64,000 nt of DNA, from NCBI GenBank assembly GCA_041665505.1, contig JBAYIR010000004.1:6797-70796 (forward strand), written 5' to 3'. This stretch comes from Patescibacteria group bacterium. Its GTDB lineage: Bacteria; Patescibacteriota; Patescibacteriia; UBA1558; GWA2-36-10. The position numbers and the translations under genes are program-made. Below the pieces are notes generated by a model that ran no database searches, was not told where the DNA came from, and worked only from the letters and a program-made list of their open reading frames with translations. Below, one piece after another: positions 31,966-40,092 of this stretch. Numbering within the stretch: position 1 is the stretch's first letter; every line of letters starts with the position of its first letter.

Positions 31966-32508
31966 ATGATTAAACTTTTTTTAAAAATAATCAAAACTTC
32001 CCAAAATACTATTAAGGTTGATGAGTTTGATAGTGATGGAATAAAATTTGAATCACTTGGTAAAAAGACGAGATCCAAAATCACACATTTATTTGGTGGA
32101 TCTTTGGCTATCAGACAAATAGATGCTGGTTCAGATAATTCAGCTGAACAAGAGCTAGTCGCTTTATCCAATACTTTTTATGATTTGGAGCGTTTTGGTA
32201 TTCATTTTGTAGCTTCCCCTAAACATGCTGATATGCTCTTTGTCACTGGTCCAGTGACACGCAATATGGCTGAAGCTCTTCGCCGAGCGTATGAGGCTAC
32301 ACCCGACCCAAAGATTGTAGTGGCTGTTGGTGATGATGCTATCAGTGGAGGTATATACAAAGGTTCTTATGCTATTGTGGGTGCGGTTAGTGATGTTTTG
32401 CCGGTGGATTTTTCTATCCCCGGAGATCCGCCATCACCTAAAGTCATTCTTGGTCACTTACTTCGTATTATGAAGGAATTAGAAAATCAGTCATTCAAAA
32501 AGAAATAA
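31966..32508 (+). CDS. NuoB/HycG/HyfI-like small subunit lacking all Fe-S cysteines
   Basis: IRQIDAGS, YDLERFGIHFVASPKHAD, TGPVTRNM and PG-D-PP motifs. No Cys in 180 aa. Confidence 0.9.
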   Translation: MIKLFLKIIKTSQNTIKVDEFDSDGIKFESLGKKTRSKITHLFGGSLAIRQIDAGSDNSAEQELVALSNTFYDLERFGIHFVASPKHADMLFVTGPVTRNMAEALRRAYEATPDPKIVVAVGDDAISGGIYKGSYAIVGAVSDVLPVDFSIPGDPPSPKVILGHLLRIMKELENQSFKKK

Positions 32509-32509
32509 T

Positions 32510-34555
32510 ATGTTAGAACTAGCAGCATCTTCTATTGGTCTGGTCATTTTAATAGGGTTATTTACTGTTGGAGCAGTAGGCTCATTATTTTTGAGAACAG
32601 ATAAGCCAGCTAATGTTTGGAGTAGTTTTTTTGCTATTATCGGCTCTGTTTGGGGTATATTATTTGCCAGTCTGGTATTCTTTTTCAACCGGGAAATTAT
32701 TTTTTCCTTGACTTCAAGTATTTTTCCACTTTTGTCATTTTCATTTCATATTGATAAGTTAGCTAGTTTTTTTATTTTTACTATTTCACTCATTGCCTTA
32801 TTTTGCTCTATTTATGGGGCTGGTTATATCAAACATTTTTATAAAAAATATGACATTGGTGCTTTTGGATTTTTCTACCACCTGTTTATTTTAGGAATGA
32901 TTTCAGTAGTTATAGCGGCCAATGCTTTATTTTTTTTGCTAGCCTGGGAAATGATGTCTTTAGCCTCATATTTTTTGGTAGTTTATGATCGACATGATAC
33001 GCATAATGTAAAAGCTGGGTTTTTATATTTAGTTATGACTCATGTTGCTACAGCTTTTATTATTGTGGCCTTTTTACTACTGTATAAATTTACTGGGTCA
33101 TTTGATTTTGCTTTAATTCGCTCTAATGCCGAGTTGATTCCTCTCTGGTTAAAAAATACTGTTTTTGTGTTGACCTTAATTGGTTTCGGTACCAAAGCCG
33201 GTATTATACCATTTCATATCTGGTTACCTAGTGCTCATCCAGCTGCACCTTCGCATGTCAGCGCCCTTATGTCTGGTGTCATGATAAAAACTGGTATTTA
33301 CATGATGATTAGAATTTTTTTGGATTTATTACAGCCAGTGCCAGCTTGGTGGGGGCTTACTTTACTAGTAATTGGCTCAGTGTCATCTTTACTAGGTGTT
33401 CTTTACGCTTTGACTGAGCATGATATCAAGAAACTACTGGCTTATCATAGTATTGAAAACATTGGTATAATTTTATTGGGTTTAGGTAGTGCCTTAACTT
33501 TTTATTCTTTGGGGATGCCGTCTTTCGCTTTATTGGGGTTAGTAGCCGCGCTTTTTCACACTTTAAATCACGCTACTTTTAAATCACTATTGTTTTTGAG
33601 TGCTGGTTCAGTAATCAATCAAACGCACACGCGCAACATGGAAGATTATGGTGGTTTGATTAGGTACATGCCCCAGACAGCAGTTTTCTTTTTGATTGGC
33701 TCAATGGCAATTTCCGGCTTGCCTCCTTTCAATGGATTTTTTAGTGAGTGGCTCACTTTTCAGGCTTTGTTTCAAGGTATTATGCATTTTGCCATGATGG
33801 AGAAATCAATTTTTCTTTTGGCCGCAGGTGCCTTGGCTTTTACCGGTGGTTTAGCTTTAGCTTGCTTTGTTAAAGCTTTTGGTGTGATATTTTTGGCCAG
33901 ACCAAGAACTAAAGAAGCAGCTAACTCTCAAGAATCAGCTTGGTCTTTGCGTGTGGGTATGGCATCATTAGCTATATTGTGCTTATTATTTGGCTTATTT
34001 TCTGGCTCGCTAGTATCTTGGTTTACCAGAGTGGCTAATGGTCTAAGAATTTTTCAAGGTATTAATTCTTTTGTATCATCGCCAACTAATCAAATATTGG
34101 TTGCCGACAATAACTTTGCTTCCGTATCGGCCGCTGGTATTCTAGCTTTTTTACTTATCGTCTTGGTGTTAGTGCTTTTGGTATTCAAATATGTTATTCA
34201 TCGCCAACAAAAAATAAAAGTTGGTGCTACTTGGGATTGTGGAGTTGATTTGACTCCGCGAATGGAGATAACTGCTACTGGTTTTGCAAGATCAATTATT
34301 TTGATTTTTAAAGGAGTATTGAGACCTAGTATTCAGCGTGAGGTTGAATATCATGATTCGCAAACTCGCTATTTACCAAAAACTATTACAGTGGTGTCAG
34401 GTATCAATAATGTATATCAGCAATATTTTTATCAGCCTTTGTCCAAAAATGTTATTGCATTTGCACAGTCTGTCAGAAAAATTCAGAATGGTAATGTTAA
34501 TCTTTACATTTTATATATTTTTATTGCTTTAATTATTCTATTATTTTTTGTATAA
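32510..34555 (+). CDS. hyfB: HyfB/NuoL-like antiporter-like subunit
   Basis: WEMMSL, KAGIIPFHIWLPSAHPAAPSHVSALMSG, KKLLAYHSIENIG and WDCG motifs. Confidence 0.88.
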   Translation: MLELAASSIGLVILIGLFTVGAVGSLFLRTDKPANVWSSFFAIIGSVWGILFASLVFFFNREIIFSLTSSIFPLLSFSFHIDKLASFFIFTISLIALFCSIYGAGYIKHFYKKYDIGAFGFFYHLFILGMISVVIAANALFFLLAWEMMSLASYFLVVYDRHDTHNVKAGFLYLVMTHVATAFIIVAFLLLYKFTGSFDFALIRSNAELIPLWLKNTVFVLTLIGFGTKAGIIPFHIWLPSAHPAAPSHVSALMSGVMIKTGIYMMIRIFLDLLQPVPAWWGLTLLVIGSVSSLLGVLYALTEHDIKKLLAYHSIENIGIILLGLGSALTFYSLGMPSFALLGLVAALFHTLNHATFKSLLFLSAGSVINQTHTRNMEDYGGLIRYMPQTAVFFLIGSMAISGLPPFNGFFSEWLTFQALFQGIMHFAMMEKSIFLLAAGALAFTGGLALACFVKAFGVIFLARPRTKEAANSQESAWSLRVGMASLAILCLLFGLFSGSLVSWFTRVANGLRIFQGINSFVSSPTNQILVADNNFASVSAAGILAFLLIVLVLVLLVFKYVIHRQQKIKVGATWDCGVDLTPRMEITATGFARSIILIFKGVLRPSIQREVEYHDSQTRYLPKTITVVSGINNVYQQYFYQPLSKNVIAFAQSVRKIQNGNVNLYILYIFIALIILLFFV

Positions 34556-34557
34556 GT

Positions 34558-35490
34558 ATGATGATTTTTATTTGGATGTTACAAATTATTTTGGTGCCAG
34601 CTATTTCTCCGTTAGCCATTGGTCTAATTAATAAAATCAAGGCTCGATTACAAAATCGTCGAGGAGCAAGTATTTTCCAGCCTTATAAGGATATTTGGAA
34701 ATTATTGCACAAAGATGAAGTAGTAAGTCGTGATGCTTCTTGGATTTTTTATTATGCGCCTTATATAGTATTTACTATCACTTTGATTTTAGCAGGCAGC
34801 CTTCCTTTATTTGCCTCATTTTTGAATAATATTATGACTGGCGATTTATTGACGATTGTTTATTTGATTGCTTTTGGTACTTTCTTTTTGGCACTAGCAG
34901 GCTTAGATATTGGTGGAGCTTTTGGTGGTTTCGGTTCTAGTCGTGAAATGACCATATCAGCTTTGGCTGAGGGGGGATTGATTTTTTCTTTATTGGCTGT
35001 AGCTATAAATGTCGGCACTAGCAATCTTTTTGAGATGTCTACTCTTGGTTTTTCATTTTATGATCAACATCTTTTACCAACACTACTAGCCTTAGCTGGA
35101 TTTTTTGTGGTATTGCTCGCAGAAGCAGCTCGTTTTCCTTTTGATAATCCAGCTACTCATTTAGAGCTAACTATGGTTCACGAGGCTATGATTTTAGAAT
35201 ACTCTGGTAAAAGATTAGCTTTAATGGAGTGGTCGGCTGCTAATAAGCTGATTTGTTTTATTGCTATTGGTGCTAATATTTTTTTCCCTTGGGGTTTGGC
35301 TACTAGTGTAGGAGTCAGTGTTTTGATATTAAGTTTAATAATATTTATTTTAAAAATATTTATTTTTTGTGCAGTCATAGCTTTGATTGAATCCAGTATG
35401 GCGAAATTTAGATTTTTTCGTCTGCCAGATTTACTCTTTATTTCTTTTATTCTTAGCGTGATGGCCATCAGCCTCACCCAAATATTATGA
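34558..35490 (+). CDS. hyfC: HyfC/HycD/NuoH-like membrane subunit
   Basis: ARLQNRRG, QPYKDIWKLLHK, GSSRE, RFPFD and ELTMVHEAMILEYSG motifs. Confidence 0.88.
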   Translation: MMIFIWMLQIILVPAISPLAIGLINKIKARLQNRRGASIFQPYKDIWKLLHKDEVVSRDASWIFYYAPYIVFTITLILAGSLPLFASFLNNIMTGDLLTIVYLIAFGTFFLALAGLDIGGAFGGFGSSREMTISALAEGGLIFSLLAVAINVGTSNLFEMSTLGFSFYDQHLLPTLLALAGFFVVLLAEAARFPFDNPATHLELTMVHEAMILEYSGKRLALMEWSAANKLICFIAIGANIFFPWGLATSVGVSVLILSLIIFILKIFIFCAVIALIESSMAKFRFFRLPDLLFISFILSVMAISLTQIL

Positions 35491-36134
35491 GTTTATTTAT
35501 TTCACAATTTTTATTAGCAATTATTTTTCTCACGATTGTTTTTTTGCATGGTGCCAAAAAAAATATGGGAGCAGTGCTTGCTTATAGATTGCAGTCATTA
35601 GCGGTAGTAGCTTTTACATTTAGCTCTTTTTTGGAGACTAGAGATATACTTTTACTTATTGTCTGTTTAGTTATCTTTATAGTAAAAGTTATTTTTGCGC
35701 CAATGTTTTTAGCACGTTTGATTAAAAAACATAAACTTACTTATTCGGTCAGTTCTTACCTCAATGCACCTCTGACTTTGATCATGATCGCCATTTTTAC
35801 TGCTATTGCTTATTCACAAAAATTTGTGCCTTTAACCAATCTCATGCCTGGCCATCAGACATTATTACATCTAGCTCTAGCTTCAATTTTTCTTTCTCTC
35901 TTTTTGATAGTCAATCGCAAAGGTGTGCTCTCTCAGATTATTGGTGTGTTGTCGCTAGAAAACAGTATAGTGACTTTTGTTTTTTATGCTGGTTTGGAGC
36001 AATCACATAGTTTGCAGCTAGGTATTTTATTTGATATTTTTATTTGGATTATTATTGCTATTGTATTTATGTCTATGATTTATCGCCACTATGATTCTTT
36101 GGATGTCAGTCGAATGAAGCAATTAAAAGATTAA
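35487..36134 (+). CDS. hyfE: HyfE-like membrane subunit
   Basis: Polytopic; QIIGVLSLENSI motif; position between the hyfC-like and hyfF-like genes. Confidence 0.82.
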   Translation: MSLFISQFLLAIIFLTIVFLHGAKKNMGAVLAYRLQSLAVVAFTFSSFLETRDILLLIVCLVIFIVKVIFAPMFLARLIKKHKLTYSVSSYLNAPLTLIMIAIFTAIAYSQKFVPLTNLMPGHQTLLHLALASIFLSLFLIVNRKGVLSQIIGVLSLENSIVTFVFYAGLEQSHSLQLGILFDIFIWIIIAIVFMSMIYRHYDSLDVSRMKQLKD

Positions 36135-36139
36135 CGCAT

Positions 36140-37582
36140 ATGGAATTACTATTTATTTTTTTACCATTATTAATTGCGGTTTTAGTGGGCTTGCTATCCA
36201 GACAAAGACTACTTATTGAAATTACTTCTGGTGTCGCTATAGGTCTTGCTTTTATTGCAACTATTTTAATAGCTCAAAATGTAGCTGCTTTTGACAGTTA
36301 TAGTCCTTGGCCTATTTTTTCTGTTGATGCACTAGGGGCTATAGTAATGCTTATTATTGCTTGTGTTGGTTTGATGGCTAGTATTTATTCTATTCCGTAT
36401 TTGCGCCAGGAAAGTGCTAAAGGTATCATTGGCTTTACTAGAGTTAGACAATATTTTAATTTATTGAATTTGTTTTTGGCCGTTATGTTTTTTGCCGTGA
36501 CCGCTAGCAATCCAGTAATGACTTGGATTGCCATAGAGCTAACTACTTTATCAACGGCTTTTCTGATTAGTTTTTACAATAAAGCTTCATCTATTGAAGG
36601 AGCTTGGAAATATTTAATTATTAATTCAGTTGGCTTGTTATTGGCATTTTTTGGGACCTTGTTATATTTGACTTCATTAGGAATAAATAGTGATAGTACT
36701 TTTGCTACTTGGAGCGCTTTACTGACTAATGCTCACAATCTAGATCCTCTGATTGCCAAACTAGCTTTTATTTTTGTTTTTATCGGCTATGGTGTTAAAG
36801 TTGGTCTTGCCCCAATGCATACTTGGCTACCTGATGCACATAGTAAATCACCAGCACCAATTAGTGCGCTTCTTTCGGGGGTACTTTTAAATGTTGCTTT
36901 TTTTACGGTGTTAAAATTTAAAATTATCACAGATGTGTCTGTCGGAGGGACGTTCTCAAGTACTATATTGATTAGCTTTGGCTTGTTGTCTATATTTATA
37001 GCAGCCATGATTATTCTGGTCCAAAAAAGTTACAAGCGACTATTGGCTTATTCTAGTATTGAAAATATGGGGATTATGTCACTTGGTTTTGGCTTTGGTG
37101 GCTTTGGTGGTTTTGGCGCTATTCTTCATATGCTATATCATTCGTTTATAAAATCAGCTCTATTTTTACTATCGGGTAATTTTTTACTCAAGTATAGCTC
37201 TGCTAAAATTAAAAACGTGCGTGGTGCTTTATTAGTTATGCCTCTGGCTAGCGTCCTGTTTCTAGTGGGGATTTTTGCTATTGCTGGTGTTCCGCCTTTT
37301 GGTATTTTTTTAACTAAATTATTTATTATCAGTGCAGGCATGTCTACTTATCCTATTGTTAGTATTGTCGCTGTAATTTTATTTTCCGTGGCTTTTGTTG
37401 GTTTATTTAAGCATGCTGGAGCTATGATTTTTGGTGAGCCGTCAGCTGAGATGAAGAAAGAAAAAGAAAATATTTGGTTGATTTTACCATCATTGGTTTT
37501 ACTGTTAACAATTTTCTTTTTGAGTTTTCAGCTGCCAAATTTTTTGTCAGTATTAATTAATGAAGCAGTTAAAGGGTATTAA
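36140..37582 (+). CDS. hyfF: HyfF-like antiporter-like subunit
   Basis: WIAIELTT, EGAWKY, KVGLAPMHTWLPDAHSKSP and KRLLAYSSIENMG motifs. Confidence 0.88.
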   Translation: MELLFIFLPLLIAVLVGLLSRQRLLIEITSGVAIGLAFIATILIAQNVAAFDSYSPWPIFSVDALGAIVMLIIACVGLMASIYSIPYLRQESAKGIIGFTRVRQYFNLLNLFLAVMFFAVTASNPVMTWIAIELTTLSTAFLISFYNKASSIEGAWKYLIINSVGLLLAFFGTLLYLTSLGINSDSTFATWSALLTNAHNLDPLIAKLAFIFVFIGYGVKVGLAPMHTWLPDAHSKSPAPISALLSGVLLNVAFFTVLKFKIITDVSVGGTFSSTILISFGLLSIFIAAMIILVQKSYKRLLAYSSIENMGIMSLGFGFGGFGGFGAILHMLYHSFIKSALFLLSGNFLLKYSSAKIKNVRGALLVMPLASVLFLVGIFAIAGVPPFGIFLTKLFIISAGMSTYPIVSIVAVILFSVAFVGLFKHAGAMIFGEPSAEMKKEKENIWLILPSLVLLLTIFFLSFQLPNFLSVLINEAVKGY

Positions 37583-37585
37583 TAT

Positions 37586-39154
37586 ATGAATAAAGAAATA
37601 ATTAAACAATATTTACCAGACAATGTTGATGTGAATTTTTTTGCCAACGTCGCTGTCTTTGAAATAGCTACAGCCAATATTAAAGAAGTAGTAAATTTTT
37701 TGCGTAATGACAAAAATCTTTCATTGAAGTTGGTTACAGCTACCGATGAGCGCAAAGATAGTCATTGTTTTAAAATTTGGTATGTTTTTGGCCTACCTAA
37801 AGAAAATATATTTATTGTGCCTTTTATTAAATTAGAAGATACTTTGGAATTTCCTTCGGTCGCTTTGGCCTGCCAAGAAGCTTTGAATTATGAGCGTAAG
37901 ATCCAAACTTTTTTTGGTTTAGTACCAGTGGGACATACTGATCCTAGGTCTATTATTTTGCATGAAAATTGGCCAGCTAATATTTTCCCTTTGAGAAAAG
38001 ATTTTGACTGGCAATCCAGACCAGCTGTAGTCGAAGGGACTTATCAATTTAATCGGGTCAAGGGCGAGGGGATATATGAGATACCAGTCGGTCCTATTCA
38101 CGCTGGTATTATTGAGCCAGGGCATTTTCGTTTTAGCGTGGCTGGAGAAACTATAGTGTCATTAGAACCGCGTTTGGGTTTCACACACAAAGGTAGTGAA
38201 AAGTTGTTTGAACATTTTTCATTAGCCGATAGTGTGCGACTGGCTGAAAAAATTTCTGGTGACAGCTCTCTTAGTCACTCTTTGGCTTTTTGTCAGACCA
38301 TAGAGAGTTTAGCTGATTTGAAATTGCCAAAGCGGGCTGCTTATTTGCGGGTCATTTTTGCTGAGCTAGAGCGTCTAGCCAATCACTTTGGCGATATTGG
38401 GGCTATTATGCTGGACACGGGATTTAATTTTGGTGGTGCGCAAGGATCAAGATTGCGTGAGATGATTATGCAAATTAACGAGCGTTTGACTGGTAGTAGA
38501 TTTTTGCGTTCAGTCAATACTATTGGTGGAGTGCAAAAAGATTTAACAGAGGCTGAAATAAGCCAGCTAGCCAAAAGCTTAGAGATAATAGCCAAAGATT
38601 TTTCTGAAGTCATAGAAATTGCTGAAAATAGTTCATCATTAGTCAATCGTCTTCAAGACACTGGTAAGCTTACTCAGGCTTTTGCTAAAAGTCATGGCGT
38701 AGTTGGTGTGGCGGCTAGAGCTACTGGTATCGGATGTGATACGCGGGCTGATTTTCCTTATGCCGCTTATCAAGAATTATTTTTAGATAGAATTGAAACA
38801 GAAAACACTGGTGATGTTTGCGCACGATTTTATGTCCGCATCAAAGAAGTCAGAGCGTCCATAGCTATAATTGATGGTGCTTTGAAAGCTATACCTAAGG
38901 GACTCATCAAAACTAGTGATACTATTGTTCTCAAAAAAAATGCTTGTGCTATAGCTCTGGTAGAGGGTTGGCGAGGAGAGATTTTGTATTTTATCACCAC
39001 CGACGCGCAAGGGCAGATTAGTAGAGTTGTACCTCGTGATCCTTCTTTTCTGAATTGGAATGTCTTGGGTAAAGTTGGTGTAAATAATATAGTACCAGAT
39101 TTTCCTTTGATTAATAAAAGTTTTAATTTGTCCTATACGGGTAATGATTTGTAG
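37586..39154 (+). CDS. HyfG/HycE-like (NuoCD-like) large subunit without NiFe-binding CxxC motifs (Ehr type)
   Basis: FPLRKD, VGPIHAGIIEPGHFRF, HKGSEK and ELERLANH motifs. The L1 region reads EKISGD and the C-terminus reads DFPLINKSFNLSYTGNDL. Confidence 0.9.
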   Translation: MNKEIIKQYLPDNVDVNFFANVAVFEIATANIKEVVNFLRNDKNLSLKLVTATDERKDSHCFKIWYVFGLPKENIFIVPFIKLEDTLEFPSVALACQEALNYERKIQTFFGLVPVGHTDPRSIILHENWPANIFPLRKDFDWQSRPAVVEGTYQFNRVKGEGIYEIPVGPIHAGIIEPGHFRFSVAGETIVSLEPRLGFTHKGSEKLFEHFSLADSVRLAEKISGDSSLSHSLAFCQTIESLADLKLPKRAAYLRVIFAELERLANHFGDIGAIMLDTGFNFGGAQGSRLREMIMQINERLTGSRFLRSVNTIGGVQKDLTEAEISQLAKSLEIIAKDFSEVIEIAENSSSLVNRLQDTGKLTQAFAKSHGVVGVAARATGIGCDTRADFPYAAYQELFLDRIETENTGDVCARFYVRIKEVRASIAIIDGALKAIPKGLIKTSDTIVLKKNACAIALVEGWRGEILYFITTDAQGQISRVVPRDPSFLNWNVLGKVGVNNIVPDFPLINKSFNLSYTGNDL

Positions 39155-39205
39155 ATGTTAGTATAAGAGGTCATGTTAGACATAGTAAAAATTTTATATT
39201 TTTAT

Positions 39206-39232
39206 AAAAACCCCCTATTTTAGGGGGTTTTT
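39206..39232 (+). terminator. Terminator of the Ehr-like operon
   Basis: AAAAACCCCCTA-TTT-TAGGGGGTTTTT. Confidence 0.75.
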
Positions 39233-39245
39233 AAAATTTTATATA

Positions 39246-39274
39246 TTGACTATTTGGCTAAGGTATGATACAAT
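39246..39274 (+). promoter_or_regulatory. sigma70 promoter of islet 2
   Basis: TTGACT-N17-TACAAT with an extended TG. Confidence 0.65.
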
Positions 39275-39412
39275 TTTCCTTCATTATAGAATGTGCTATT
39301 AGAAGCTCAGTTAAAATAAGATGTAATAAATTACCAATTATTTTATCTGGGCTGCTAGTCAGCTCAATTAGTTCAATTCATGACAGGACTGTCTTCTACA
39401 GGAGGTTGGCTC

Positions 39413-39925
39413 TTGAATAAGTGTTACGATGCCACTGGCGCCCCGTGCATGGATGGAGATTATTTTCCGCTTTTTCATGCGAAAGTAATCTCCATGTGTG
39501 GTCGGCTTGTTGACTTACTCCCTCAACCTGGGGGTGCCAAAACCCTCAGAACAGCCAATCTCTCGGCTCATGAGTTTGCCGGCAGATTCGTCAGCGTTTC
39601 TGTCGCCAAGCATGGTATCAGAACTATCGTCATTGGCACCCACCTTCAATGTGCCGCCTACGAGAAGTTTGGGCTTTCTTTGTCCGAAGAAGAAGCACTC
39701 CAGCGCCAGCATATTGAGAGAGCAGTTCGCTTTCTTAATGATTACGTCCCGATGGGGATCCAACACTACCTCAAGGAGGAAAAACTTCCCGAGCATGAAG
39801 TGCAGAACTTGGAGACCGTTTTGGAGAGCGGTATAATCATCCAAGCTCTGCTCATCAAGCCGTACGATATGTCGCGGCGCATCAAGGAACCTTCTGAAGA
39901 GTGTTTTGTGGAGCAAGTGCTCTGA
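39413..39925 (+). CDS. GC-rich beta-carbonic-anhydrase-like protein (islet 2)
   Basis: CMD...PGGAK...KHGIRTIVIGTHLQCAAY supplies Cys/His/Cys zinc ligands. The TTG start at 39413 follows CAGGAGGT. Confidence 0.65.
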   Translation: MNKCYDATGAPCMDGDYFPLFHAKVISMCGRLVDLLPQPGGAKTLRTANLSAHEFAGRFVSVSVAKHGIRTIVIGTHLQCAAYEKFGLSLSEEEALQRQHIERAVRFLNDYVPMGIQHYLKEEKLPEHEVQNLETVLESGIIIQALLIKPYDMSRRIKEPSEECFVEQVL

Positions 39926-40010
39926 CCTACAATGTCCTTTTCATTTTTGTTGCCACCGCCCTTATCACTGGTGGCCCAGTTCTATACTTCTGCCCAAGCG
40001 CGGGCAGGGG

Positions 40011-40046
40011 ACTCTCGTCTTTAGAGGGCAGACGAGAGTTTTTTTT
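40011..40046 (+). terminator. Intrinsic terminator of islet 2
   Basis: ACTCTCGTCT-N9-AGACGAGAGT followed by a T-run. Confidence 0.8.
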
Positions 40047-40092
40047 ACTTTTGATTTTTCTATTGTTATGCGCTAAAATTATGTATATGCCA

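Noticed and set aside
37586-39154. Functional [NiFe] group 4 hydrogenase or formate hydrogenlyase
   Set aside because: Both Ni-binding CxxC motifs are absent, the small subunit has no Cys, and no hyp maturation or fdh genes are in the window.
39498-39916. Alternative-frame ORFs in the GC-rich islets (also 23618, 23733, 43451, 43510, 55939)
   Set aside because: Open frames are expected in GC-rich DNA. They lack the SD, promoter and terminator support of the chosen frames.
39901-40080. N-terminal extension of the helicase ORF given in the track
   Set aside because: It runs through the islet 2 3' hairpins and terminator; helicase homology begins at about MDLNYLN (40093).
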